Assembly (NCBI RefSeq): GCF_006345805.1
Contig: NC_043000.1
Span: forward strand, 130,510,001-130,574,000
DNA length: 64,000 nucleotides
Direction: 5' to 3'
Source of the DNA: Octopus sinensis
Taxonomy: Eukaryota
Shown here: positions 37,852 through 51,002 of the stretch, one piece after another
Layout: each line of letters begins with the position of its first letter
Numbering within the stretch: position 1 is the first letter of the stretch
Made by a program: the position numbers and the translations under genes
The notes under the pieces: generated by a model
What the model was told of the DNA's origin: nothing
Seen by the model: the letters and a program-made list of their open reading frames with translations, nothing else
The model's database searches: none

Positions 37852-40800
37852 ATATTATATATATATATATATTATATATATATATATATATACAAATACA
37901 TACATATGTGTGTGTGTGTATGAATCCTCACATGCTTGAGTGCGAGCGCACGCAAACACACTTTCATATGCATACATATATTTATTTGTACTTCATTTCT
38001 CTCTTTTTTTCCCGAACTCAAAAGTCGTGTTGATTTAGGACGGTAATAAAGGATGAGGCAGAGAAGAATAGAAAAAGGTAAAGGATGATACACGAAGTTA
38101 TAAAACATAGAAGGATAGAATATTAAGAGGAACGAGAGAAATAGTTGGAGAGAGAGAAGCGAGAGAGCTAGAAAACACGTAGAATGAAGGAAGAGAAATT
38201 AGTGATAGAGTTGGGTACGGAATAGACAAATCGATAAGTAATTAAAGAAGATAAGTGTAAAAAAAAAAGCAGAAACTATAAAGATTGATAGGAAGTATTG
38301 AATATATGCCCTCAGATCAGTTGTTATGTGTTTATATTAAAGCTCATCATCATGATAATTTAAATCACAGAGAAAGAAGTTAACCCTTTCTCAGAGTCAC
38401 TAGGAGCCTGTTTACCTTGTCGCGAAGAGAATATCATTTCATTACATCAAGAATTATGATATTTAATAATATACCTTATTCGTAATTCTTTATTGTCTAA
38501 ATCTATGCTTTTGGCCACTCAGTTATTTCCTGCAGCTCACTTTTCGTTCTAATAATATTAATTAATCTAAGCCATACATGTTCTCTACATGTTTTTCTCT
38601 CTTTGTTTATGTCTACATCTTAGGTTTGTTCTACTGTTGTGCTGATGATGCCTTTCGGGACAGAAACACGTATCCATAGCTCTCTTCTTATCTCCGGGGA
38701 AAATAGACTGTCTGTTCATCAACAATATGCCAGTCCTGAGAAACTCGTGACTTCTGATATTTTCTCTTCTCCTCACACGGGATTCGTTATAAATGGAACA
38801 AGGCATTCGTTTATTTTTTTCTCAAGGCAAAGAAAATTGAAGCAAATCAGAATATTTTCTTGTGCGGCATTTAATGGCCCTTTATCCGACTTCGTTGTTC
38901 AAATTCATACTTTTGACTGCTTTGGGTTATTTCTCTTGTCTCTCTTTGTCTCAAAAGATTAGATGCTCAGGTACTTTACAATACATAATGCGCTCTTAGT
39001 GCTTTGATTTCAAAAATTACTTCTTCTAAAACAATAAAAAAAGTTGTTCCTACAGTGTTATAGACATGGGATTCCTAGTACTGCATTAATCAATATGTTT
39101 GATTTTTAGGAATATGTTAGCGATTCCACTTCAGTTATTTGCAAGATAAGCGACAACGTAGAAGTTCTCACGTGCACTCGTGTTATTTACCCGTTGATAT
39201 TTAGCCTTCATTCTATACAGACCCGACAGTGATATGTTCAATAATATTCCACTTGTGACCATCGCACCACTTGTTGAAACTTTATATTTTAAGATTAAAT
39301 TATTCTCTGTATTCTTCGTTCTTTAAAACTCGCGCATTATTGTTTAAAGGAGACTTGGTTGATATTTCCAACTGATCAAGGGACTGCATAACTTTGTTCC
39401 GAAATTAGGAAATTATTGTGTTTACTGCAATCTTATATAACATTCATAGATTTATAACCATGTCAGAGGTATTGTTTTGAGCAAGATTCTAACCTAAAAT
39501 ATTGTGGATATGCTCAGACACTAGAAAGTCAGATAAATGTATAACAGTATTCAAATATTTTCGGTTGGACGATTTCTTCTGAGACACGATGAACGAATGG
39601 CTGTCATTCATTTCATGCTTTCTCAGATAGTAAAAAAGTGCAGGATTCGATTCGTGGAATGGAGGGTGAATTATATCCTTAAGCAATGTACTTCATTTCA
39701 GTTTGTTCCAGTCTACTCAGCTGAAAGAAGTAACAGGTGAGTGCTGGTGCAATGCTCACTCTCTCTCTCTCCATCTGCTACATCCTGGATGTGCCACTCG
39801 GCAGAGATTGACAGACACCTAAAGCAACTAACCAAAGGTTAGTACCTCTTACCAGGTCAAATCCACTGGCGAGTGACGAATGTAGGTTCTAGTTCACCCT
39901 TGATTGAAAGGCATTCTAATCATGACCATCACATAACTTTGCATATCAGATACTACATTGTGCAATTTATTGCACCTTATTTAAAAATATAATTTGCAAT
40001 TTGTTAAAGATTTGGCAGCCTCTTCTAGAAGATCGAACTATTGTGAGGAGGCTCCTTCGTTAGCCTGTCAGTATTTTTAACCCTAGAGGTTGTTAAGGAA
40101 GACTTTGATCTTTAACCTACCAGAGTCAATAAATCGACAATCAGAAGGAAATGAGAGTAATCGAATCGATTATGCTGCTCGTCATTATAACTGCACTGCT
40201 GAGTTATTCTGGTCTAATGCATGAAATCAATCCTTTTGGAAATTTTCATAAAAGAATCATGTTAATTAATTGGAGGTAAACACATTTAGCGTTAGAACAT
40301 TTTAAAAGAATCAACGAAAGATCAAATATGTGATGAAATGAAATTAATATTTGTTCATGATATGCATAACTATTAATGTTTTTTCATAGGCAAACACAGG
40401 AGAGAACTAGGTGCCGGTTTTAACTTCTCTGACTTCCAACAGCAGGAAAAAGCTTAGCGTTTGTATCCTATTATTACGGCAGGCGGCTTTGGTTGCATTA
40501 TTTCTATAACCAGGAATATCTTCACACTCTCTGATTCGGTTGGAGTCCACTTTGGTATTGTATTTTCTGGTAGAGTGTATTGAAATACTTTACTGCTATG
40601 ACTGCTCCCTATTGCCTTACAAAAATGTGGCGGACTTATTAGAAGTATTAGAAATATTAAAAGAATACTAACAGTATTTACTTTGCTGTTTCACTCTTCT
40701 AATCTTCATAGATTCCCGAGTCGGTATACGTAATTTCCCAAAAATATTAGTGTAAAAATATATTTATCTTTGACAAGGTCAAGTGTATTTTTGCCGACTA

Positions 40801-41574
40801 AAGGATGACACCTTTAAATCGCATTCCTAGGTAATACACTGCATCCAAAAGAGATCATTAAGTTCTGTTCACCTAGTATACTTAACTATAAATTCATAAT
40901 TTAGAAAGTGACTTATTATACACAAAGGGAACACTGTATAAATTAAAGAATGATTTTCATTTGTTTCTTAGACAGGCAGCTGACGTGACGTCGGTCGTTC
41001 GTACAATCTAATTAAGAATATACATTCAATACTTTCTACCAAAGTTACACTGTGGGTGATACGGCAAGACATTCATGAGGAATACCCACGCTTAAATCTT
41101 AACAGCACCATCAACCAAGTTTTCTGTGAGCTTCAAATTTCGAAACTGCCGGTCGTTGTTGTTTTCTTGTTGTTTAGTCCCATAGCAGCTGTGATCGCGT
41201 AGAGCTATGGTTACAAGAGCCATACATTCATTTCTTATTTCTATGGTTACAAGAGCCATACATTCAGACACAGTACTACGTTATTTAATGCGTGCTTCCC
41301 TTTCCAAAGTCGGTAATGTAAAATTTGAAAAACCGGTTGCTGTCAGTTCAAACGACAATAAAAGAAGTTTCATCGTTGGCTTGAATATTTCACCGATTCA
41401 GGTAGTAGTATCATAGTGAAGCTGACAAGTATTACCCTGATGTTAATACTTCTTTCAGTTTCATCTTCCTGCATAGCCATGAAAACGCAAAGTTTAGCTA
41501 ACATTTTATATATATATATATATATTTATTTATATATATATATATATATATAATATATATATAATATATATATA

Positions 41575-41609
<35 letters not shown>

Positions 41610-43439
41610 ACAAGGTGAATCAAAATGTTATTCATGAGAGAAAACTTGATGTAAGTCCAGGTTTGCTATGTAATGCTGTTCATACTCCTCCATTCGTGCT
41701 TAGATTTTATTAAAAGCTGATCAATCCTACTTTCAGAGTTGTATTTTTTTTCTTCAAAGACACGGTAGCCATCATCTGATTGATTCCTGATTTTTACTGA
41801 TTTTTACAAAAGCACTCACTATTCTTGTATATACTTAAGATATCTCGCAATTTAGTAAGATATTGATTATCAGGGAATTCAGATTAAGAAAATCTTACCA
41901 TTAAAGATGCATGGTCAGATAGTGCAAATCTGACCATGCATCTTTGCTCTGTTTAATTCCGACTGCCACATTTGTAACTCCCTGTGAATGGTTCCCTTCA
42001 AAACTTCCGCTATTGATACAAGTGATCCAGCTATCATGCATGACTCTTGAAGCCTTCTAGAAACCTGCCACTATCATCCCTATGTGTTTGTTTGCACTGT
42101 CGATTTACGAGGAATCTCCGAGAACCATTTCCCCCATACTCGTTCTATGAAGTCATATCTACGCTTGAGCTCCTCGCTGTCGGTTTTGAACAAAAAACCC
42201 AAAACTTGCTTTTGACTAGGATAAGCTTGTAGAAGATGAAGGGAAGTGAAATATGACAGGTCAAGTCTGTTCCTTTGTGCCAGAGAGAGTGGTGGTGTAA
42301 GAAGAATTCAACTGAATTGAAAAATGTTTTCTCTTTCTTAGAGGAAAGGGCAACTTTCAAACGGTAGATTATTCTTCTTCGCGCTACAAACGAACTTATC
42401 CAACTTAGCCAAAGTATCCCAAGTCGCTGTATTATTTTTGTCGACACCTATTTTAATGTTATTGTCGATTAGTCTATCTCCTATGACAGAATCTTATTCC
42501 AACTCCATAGTATGGAGAAACATCATAGTGCTTCTTCTGTGATTACTTTTCAACAATACTTATCCACCTGATTAGTTTAAATCTCTTATTTTCTTTATCA
42601 CATTAGGTTTCCTTTCATTTGGCTTAGATTAATCTCATCTCCAACTGCATCATAATCCACATGCTGCTGACAGCATTAGGGACACTGTTGTGAAATTTGT
42701 CCCAAACACAATTATAAACATATCACCGTTCATTTTGTTTGTTCGGTTAATGTTTATACATTGTCCTCAATCATTTTCAGTATATTTGCTGTTTAGACAT
42801 GTCTCTTCAAAATAATTGTCCGAGAACTAATGTGGATTTATAGTGTGATTAAGTAAAAGATGATATTTTGATATCCTTCATTATAAAATATTGAAAGAAA
42901 ATGCTTGGAGATAATGTTATTTAGTTCAGACGATAACTTTAAAAAACTGATTTTCTCTTTCTTATCAACATGTGGTTGTTCCATATTGCTGACACCTGAG
43001 AAATTCTATAATTAATTAATTGTTTCTCTATTTCGATAGGTTTGGTTATTGTGAGAGGAAGAAAGCATCAACAATTTCGGACAAAATACTTTGTATTCCT
43101 CAGTAGATCCAAATACATTAGCACTGTCAAATATGCTTTCCATTGTTTACACGATCCTTCACCAGTTCACCTTTTTTAGGTTTATTTTTTCCATTTTATA
43201 CCGTTCTGAAATTCATTCTGAAATACATATTTTATCAACACAAAGATGTAACTTTATAAGTTATGTCAACAACAAGGAAGGCTAAATTTAAACATTTTTC
43301 CTTCTTACATTCTTCATGCTATTTTACTAGAGTTGAAATTTTGACAACCGCTAGAAGGCTTGCTACCTGGTTTATTATCAATTTGGATTTGTCTTTCTTT
43401 GAATGTATCTTTTTCCCCTAGCTTCGAGTGCAGCTCTGC

Positions 43440-43620
43440 TTTGCATAAATGTCGGATATAATTTATCTGGATAACCTTGAGCATTATTGCTAAAGCCAGA
43501 AAATACAGGGAATACAAAATGTGAGCTTTGTATTACTGAAAGACTAAACATCATCCAGCCAAATGATAGCATCTTAAACATTAAGGATGAAATCTCTTTT
43601 TACATGCATTAGCAATATTT
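43440..43620 (+). pseudogene. PLE GIY-YIG C-terminal fragment
   Basis: ITLSIIAKARKY..NTKCELCITERLNIIQPNDSILNIKDEI resembles the C.LC..E...I......LN.R.E tail of PLE endonucleases; needs a frameshift. Confidence 0.55.
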
Positions 43621-44149
43621 TACACTCCGACATTTCAAAGAGGAACCATCTCCCACTCCGCCGATCCTACCAGGATAGGTTTTTCCTCTGAACGTGAACA
43701 TTAAACATTACACCATAAGAACTCCACACACAGAAAACACATGCCCTCATGATGGACTCCCCCAATACACAAAACATACGAAAATTACACATACCCAGGG
43801 TATCACATAATAAATACAAACTTATCATTCAATATATTTTTCCCAAGAGTGAAACCCAGTGGAAATAATCATCCAAGAATTGCTTCTCAAGAGTCGTCTC
43901 CCTTAATTTCTTGCTTTTGTTTATCAAAAAATCTCGTGATTTCTTGTGTTCTTTCGTGTTTTAATCCAAAGTGAAGACGAACAAAAATTTCTCTATGCGA
44001 TCGGCTTGAAGAATTGTTAAGTTATTTTCTTCACATGAAACCATACGTTTCATGTACGTGAGTTTCATGTATGTATGTATACACAGTATAATTTACACAG
44101 TATATTATGATAAACACGAGTGTATGTCATTTGTTCCCGTTTTGTTAGT

Positions 44150-44340
44150 ATGGAACCTCTGCACTGAATGTACCAACTATAACTGGACACAAAGAATCAT
44201 CAGGGAAGCACTTTATTGTATTATGTTTGAGAGATCGAATTTGGTTTGTGTCACATATCGCTAAGATGTGTTTCTTGATAATCAACTGTGGTTTTACAAA
44301 TAACCACAACGGTGAAACGTCAGTAAGAATAAATTATACA
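44150..44340 (+). pseudogene. PLE 3' end remnant
   Basis: TNYNWTQRIIREALYC (the W..R..REA tail of GIY-YIG), followed by a hairpin, gaaacgtcag and aataaa, a decayed pLTR-like end. Confidence 0.45.
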
Positions 44341-44544
44341 GTTGTGATCATCATTTTTCTCCTCTGTATATCATAACCAGTACGACTATTGAGTATAGCA
44401 CTGACCAACACAGTATACTGGAAGCAGACTAGGTAATGGGAATCTGCATAGAGCGCTAAACTTAACAGTAACAGTCGTACCCACAGAATATATCTACCTA
44501 TCTGGGTGTCTTCTTCTCTATCAAACTATCTCTCTCTCTCTCTC

Positions 44545-44603
<59 letters not shown>

Positions 44604-44741
44604 CTATAATATATATATATATATATATATTATATTAATTAACGATAAAACCACTACTACGCAAATCAAACAGTGAAAATACATAGAAATAAAATTAATT
44701 TAAAACTTTTCCCTGTAAGTTTGGATTTACTCCCTAATATT

Positions 44742-44791
<50 letters not shown>

Positions 44792-44803
44792 ATATTATAT
44801 AAT

Positions 44804-44839
<36 letters not shown>

Positions 44840-44879
44840 ATATATATATATTTAATGTGTGAGTGTGTGGGTGTGTGTT

Positions 44880-44922
<43 letters not shown>

Positions 44923-45702
44923 TTGGGTGCATATATATACACACACATATATCTTTTTTAACACACACACACGTAATAGTATTTATGTTGGTCTAGACAG
45001 TATCTTACTTCTCTGGAGCTTCAACTGCCGTTTGAGAGTGTCATTAGAAAGTTATGACTGGACATTATTTTAAATAATACATGTTGATATCTTTCACCAT
45101 ATGCAATTGTATTTTATATTATTTAGTAACACTAGCAAATCGAGAATTTCTCCAACTCTCTTGCCTGTCCTAACACAACATCAAAATTAATAAAACTTCT
45201 ACTTTAAACGACTTTTCTTCTATAGATTACCCCTTGCTGTCTGTAATTTTCTATGTCTTCCCAAGATACGGCAGTTCACCGTCTGCAGTATATTTCATTC
45301 AAAATTCTGTGACTGACCAAGATTAAAGAGAAAAAGTAATTTGTAACGTTTCTTTCACTGATATCTATATTTCTGGAATTAAGTGATCTTCAAATCAAAA
45401 GTAGCCACAACATTTCTTTTATATTAATGTATCATCCTGAAACACATTTCCTGACATAGAAATATAAATAGTAGAAATAATACTAGAAGTAAAAATGGTG
45501 GACAGAAATATTGATTTCCGACTTAGGCTCAGATCCACACATTTATCGAAGAAAACGAATATACAACGTGGCGGGCATGCATTCTTGTATAGTATCAATC
45601 GCAAAAGCGACTAAAACTAAAATCAAAAATATGTACCCAGTACAGCACACTCATAACTTTTATCTCTTCTGCTACATCGATCACTTATTCTATGCAAAAT
45701 AG

Positions 45703-45742
<40 letters not shown>

Positions 45743-45759
45743 CCAACAACCCTTTCCAG

Positions 45760-48527
45760 AAAATAAGAAAACCAAAACAACACCCAAACACCGATACACA
45801 CCTCTCTAAAAATCGGAACCTTCACTACTATCAAAAAAAGAATACAGGACCTAACCCTAACTCTGTAAGCAGCCAGCGATACAATATCAGGAATACCCCC
45901 ACTTCAAGCAGAGAAAGGATAAATCAACACCCACAGCATAGACACTGCAACCTCATCCCCACCCAAAGGAGTTACCAACGAAATCTTCGTCCCATTAACC
46001 GGTTAAACAACCATGCACAACAAACCCACACCACTTGCAATGATTACCAAGGAAGGCCTCCTAGAACACCACACCCGAATATGGGATATCGGGATGCTCT
46101 CCTCAATACTGCTCCAAGAACACACACCATAAATCACAACAGGAGACCCCTAATCAACAAAGAACAACTATATACTAGCTACCGTCCCAACCACCGCATT
46201 CATTTTTTAGACCCAATACGCAAACACAGAGACACAAGATAGCACCAAACAAGCAGGAGGAACCAAAAGTAATAAAAATTATTAATCTAACTCACAAGGA
46301 ACTAACAGCAAACCAAATAAACATACTTTCCAAAGGACTCAAGTTTACACCCACCCCACAACACCCCAACTACAATGAAATGAAAGAAGACATCGCAGAA
46401 TTCTGCAGAAAATTAAGACTTACTGAGGAGCTATACGATAAATACAACGAGGACGAATCGTTAGCCAGAAATAGGAGTAACTACACCCCCTCGAAAGGTA
46501 AGAATAAAACACTTGATGATTTCTGTGACCACATATCAAATTACCCATATCAACATATGCACAAACAAAAACACAAACCAAACTTCAGCAAAAAAGAATG
46601 GGCTGAGTTGAACAAATTAAAACTAGATAAAACAATAACAATCAAGAGGCCGATAAAGGGAGTGCTGTTGTCTTAATGGATACGACATTTTACATAACTT
46701 TGGTACTTTCTATGCTGGAAGACACAACATACTATGAAAAGGCACAAAACTACAGTCAACAAAAATAATGAGGGAACTAAAATCCATATTAAACCCATAC
46801 AAAGCAGGGCTAACCGACAAAGAATATGATTATATGACCAATTTCACAAGTAAAACTAGCCAATTCTACGGTATACCTAAGATCCACAAAAGTGAAAAAA
46901 TAAGCAACGCATGCAAGATAGCTACAGACAAAATAATTAAAGTCCCTAATCCTAATGACCTCAAATTGAGACCCATAATAGCAGGTCCCGCATGCGAAAC
47001 CCACCGCCTCAGTAACTTTTTAGACACCCTGTTAAAACCACTCCTCAACATGTCAAAAGCTATATAAGGGACGACTTAGATATGCTCAATCACCTACCGA
47101 ATACTATAAACAAAAACACCATACTGGTATCCTTCGATGTAGTCAACCTCTACTCCAATATCCCCCACAACCTAGGACTAGAGGCAATCCAATTCTGGCT
47201 AGAGAATCACGCCAACGAACTACCACACCGCATCAAAAAAGAACTTGTGATAGAAGGGGTTAAATTCATCCTGGAAAATAACTTCTTCGCCTTCAATGAC
47301 AACTTCTACCGACAAAAATCGGGGACTGCGATGGGTACACGAATGGCCCCCTCCTTTGCCAACCTAGTCATAGGATACCTAGAGATCAGTCTGTATCGTA
47401 AGGTTCTAGAAAGATATGGCAGCCCTTTCTCCATCTACATAGAAAACAACTGGAAGAGATATCTAGATGACTGTTTCATCCTTTGGCATAAAAATATAGA
47501 AAAACTCATAGAATTCCAGAAAATTTTAAACGGACTGACGTAAACATCCAATTCACGATGGAATATAGCCAACAACAACTCCCCTTCCTCGATATCCTCA
47601 TTAAGAAAGCTAATAATATAATAGAACAGACATATACTATAAGCCTACAGACTCTAAGCAATATCTTCCATTCAATTCATGCCACCCCAGACACACCAGG
47701 ATGAATATCCCCTTCAATCTAGCAAAAAGGATATGCACTATAGTCTCTAACGCAAACACCAGAGACACACGGCTACAAGAACTAAAAGATACCCTAATCA
47801 CCAGGAACTATCCACCTTCACTTATTGACAAATGCATTCAACGTGCCCTTCAACTTAACATCAAGGAACTGAGACATCCCAAATCAAAGAAAAACTTACA
47901 ACCAAAAGCCTTACCATACATCTCCACACACAACCCTCTCAATAACGAAGCCTTCGACACCATCCTCCACAACATACCCCTCCTAAAAAAAGACCACAGA
48001 ATGAACACAATCCTCCAAACACACACGATCATAAAAAGCAAAAGACAGCCTAGATCCATGAAAAGTCTCCTTACACAAGCCCGAATTCACTCTTCAACAC
48101 AGAAGCCGACAGTAAAAAAATGTGGAAGACCCAATTGCGGGATATGCGACTATCTAATCGAGGGTTCTGAGTTCTCCTTCAAACAGGGACAACGTTTTAC
48201 AGTGAAAAGCAACTTCACATGTGCTTCGGAGAACCTAATATACTCACTAACCTGCTCCGGTGTCAAGAGCAGTACATAGGCCAAACAAAAAATGGTTTGC
48301 GTAAACGAATGGCCCTGCACAGATCCCAGATAAAAATTCCCCAAAACAGAAAAATAGCTTTTAGCCAACACATAGATACTTGCGCCAACAAAAAAACACC
48401 AAACTTCAGAATTTTCCCCCTCTACCAATTTAGGGACGATACAACCTCGAGACAACGAATAAGTAAAGAAAATCTCTTTATTACAAAATACAAGCCACTT
48501 CTTAACGGGTCTACGACAAACAATTAA
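45760..48527 (+). pseudogene. PLE polyprotein (RT + GIY-YIG) with about five frameshifts
   Basis: IINLTHKELT...LSKGLKFTPTP; FYGIPKIHK; LRPIIAG; LVSFDVVNLYSNIP; QKSGTAMGTRMAPSFANL; KRYLDDCF; LPFLD; NLIYSLTC...QYIGQT...RKRM..HR; stop at 48525-48527. The 5' boundary is uncertain. Confidence 0.95.
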
Positions 48528-48659
48528 TATACCTCAACTTTAGAATAAAAGAAAAAAATATATATACACACACAAATACTACACTCAATAGAATCCATTA
48601 CTAATCAGCCCCTTCATAGCTATATTTACATTCATATTCTCCCTTTCATATTCTCTGTT

Positions 48660-48910
48660 TTTTCTTCTTCTTCTTCCTCTTCTTCTTCATCATCATCGTT
48701 ATCATCATCATCGGCATCATCATCATCGCCACCATCATCACCACCATCTTCTCCTTCTCCTTCTCCTTCTCCTTCTTCTTCTTCTCTTCTTCTTCATCAT
48801 CATCGTTATCATCATCATCGTCGTCATAATCATCACCACCATCACCATCATCGTCATCTTCTCCTTCTCCTTCTCCTTCTTCTTCTTCTTCTCTTCTTCT
48901 TCTTCTTCTC
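48660..48910. repeat. compound (TCT)n/(TCA)n/(TCTCCT)n tract with an internal ~110-bp duplication
   Basis: cttcttcatcatcatcgttatcatcatcatcg...catcttctccttctccttctcc occurs twice. Confidence 0.9.
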
Positions 48911-49255
48911 CACCCCCTACCCCTTAAGTTTGTCACTAATGTTTTTTAGTATAACACCTACGCTAATTCTATAAAGAAGCCTGTCAATATAAATATTCTC
49001 CTGAATTGAACTGAGACTGCCAGCCGCCACTGACCATTCAAAATACGACCATCAGGGCACTCCCAGATTCTCCCACCCCCCTTTCCTCACCAGCCTTCTC
49101 TCTACTACCCTACCAAGAGCTCACAACTACCTCGAACACACAAGTGCAAACAAGGGAGTCAGAGAAAGGCAGAATGCCACTTAAATCTGACACTACTATA
49201 GAAATATTCTTTTAAAAAACTTTTCTTCTAATTTTTCTAAATTTAATTATTTAAT

Positions 49256-49303
49256 CGTTACAGTTGAAAAGGTCTCAAAATGACCGAAACCGGTACTGAA
49301 ATG
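49256..49303 (+). ncRNA. minimal type I hammerhead ribozyme motif (U3-A8 variant) at the PLE terminus
   Basis: Stem I cgttacag/ctgaaatg (one mismatch); core TTGAAAA 49264-70; stem II GGTC/GACC; GAAA 49286-89; stem III C-CG-G; UA at 49294-95. Confidence 0.75.
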
Positions 49304-49351
49304 TTCACTATAAAATTATTTTAGCATTTTCTATTTTTTACTTGTTTTTTC

Positions 49352-49388
<37 letters not shown>

Positions 49389-49903
49389 ATATTATATATA
49401 TATATTATATATATATATATATATATAATATATCCTCTCATAAGATCGTCTTTCAAGCGTTCATAATAATTTTTCTATTGTCTTGGCTTAACAGCAACCA
49501 CTGTTTGTTTTTACTGTTTTGTTCTCACTGTCCTGGGCTTGTTACCACTTTCACCCTCCGCAAAAGATCCCAAATTTTATTTAATTTGCTTTGCGGGAAG
49601 GGCTGTTTCAACGAAGTCGCGTATTGTCCTTGCCTTCGGAATCCAAGTAGATGAAACAGGGAAAACTGATGAAGGAGAATATTCTTTATGTTGCATATGT
49701 CATTTCTCAGTTTTTTTTTGTTCGAAAAAAGTTGGTTTAAATGTTTTTGATATTATATTTTCGTTTCTCATTGTGTTCAACGTATTTTTTATGTCCCGTA
49801 CCCATATAAGCATGTATATATACATATATATGTAGGTATGTACATATATGCATGTATATATGCATATATTTATATATTATTTATATATTATATTATATTA
49901 TAT

Positions 49904-49964
<61 letters not shown>

Positions 49965-49965
49965 G

Positions 49966-50056
49966 ACCTCGTGTGTACCGTGTGTACCTCGTGTGTACCG
50001 TGTGTACCTCGTGTGTACCGTGTGTACCTCGTGTGTACCGTGACCTCGTGTGTACC
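49966..50056. repeat. 20-bp minisatellite (acctcgtgtgtaccgtgtgt, ~4.5 copies) amplified from the 5' end of the adjacent repeat
   Basis: Directly visible. Confidence 0.95.
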
Positions 50057-50250
50057 GTTGGCGATTTTCTCTTTCCTCTTTCTTCCCTTCTCGGGATCTT
50101 TCCTTCTCCTATGTTTCCGACGAAGAGCTCCGCTCGAAACGTTAAACCCTCCTTCTTCCCTTCTTTCCTGAGCGTCCAATAATACTATATTTGTTCCACG
50201 TCCTCGCGGTGTTGTGTTCTTTTTGTGTTTTCTTGTTTGGATTAACTATA
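50041..50250 (+). mobile_element. H1-related short repeat with hammerhead-like fold (CCGACGA core)
   Basis: gttt CCGACGA A GAGC tcc GCTC GAAA C G T T aaac at 50113-50147; the downstream taata/tttgt/ttgttgt/ttttgtgtttt layout parallels family H1. Confidence 0.7.
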
Positions 50251-50428
50251 TACATATATAAGCATGCTAGTTTCGGGGATTCGCTAATTGTTGTTATAGA
50301 TGAATTTTAGCATTATTTTGTGACTGCATGTCTATTTTGAATTGGACAATCATATATTTAGAGCCAGAAAGTTCAAGTAATGAAAGTCATCATATCTGAT
50401 CAGACACACGCACGCATGCACACGCACG

Positions 50429-50475
<47 letters not shown>

Positions 50476-50764
50476 ACATACACACACACACACGAACATT
50501 TCATCATTTCTGTCACTGTAGTAAAAGTGAATATATTAAGTAAATAAACTTTTAGCTCCTGAGTTACTGTTATAATAACCACACCCACGTCATATCGCAC
50601 ACACATATAGACACGCGCATAAACATGCACACACATGCACACGCACGCCAGCACACACACGCACTCTCTCTGACTTTCTCCTCATTCCTCACCCTCTTTT
50701 ACAATCCTATCTCTCCCTCCACCCCTACACACTCAATAATACTATAAAGAGACGAATCTCAAAA

Positions 50765-50935
50765 AATTACAATCTGAAGAATCCACTAGAGTGGATGCTA
50801 GCGTTAATATCTGATATATAAAAATATGTGACATATCAAAAATGTGTAAATATAAAACCATCCACAGTTCTGAGTACCTTATTTCTTCTAATATATAATA
50901 CCTGTACATCACCTCCAAACCTTCTAATATATCTA
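50765..50935 (+). mobile_element. family H2 short repeat
   Basis: CTGAAGA ATCCAC taga GTGGAT gcta GCGTTA; body homologous to 28580-28760. Confidence 0.65.
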
Positions 50936-50955
50936 TAAATATATATATATATATA

Positions 50956-51002
<47 letters not shown>

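Larger units (their letters stand above)
45740..49340 (+). mobile_element. near full-length Penelope-like element
   Basis: RT + GIY-YIG coding region, 3' UTR interrupted by (TCT/TCA)n, terminal hammerhead fold at 49256-49303; bounded by (AC)n and (TA)n. Confidence 0.9.

Noticed and set aside
39489-39686. IHPPFHESNPALFYYL as a mariner HPPYSPDLAPSD motif
   Set aside because: Only HPP matches; no other transposase motifs or TIRs nearby.
35983-40460. Plus-strand acceptors giving short peptides (GPVMKYQVNNPDILIY*, GLFYCCADDAFRDRNTYP*, GKHRRELGAGFNFSDFQQQEKA*) and a possible 25/35-nt exon ending at 39736
   Set aside because: Short peptides after AG|G arise by chance; they cannot be chained into one ORF and match no family I recognise.
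41205-41266. 26-bp direct repeat ctatggttacaagagccatacattca (period 36)
   Set aside because: Real, but most simply a local slippage duplication with no element between the copies.
42030-42300. Met-less ~70-codon open frame on the minus strand (...LKRRYDFIERVWGKWFSEIPRK)
   Set aside because: Only vaguely like a BEL/Pao C-terminus; no supporting motifs or splice signals.
44270-44325. Hammerhead at the 44.3-kb PLE remnant (TTGATAA ... GAAACGTC)
   Set aside because: Stem I and the base of stem II do not pair; kept only as a decayed remnant, not called as a ribozyme.
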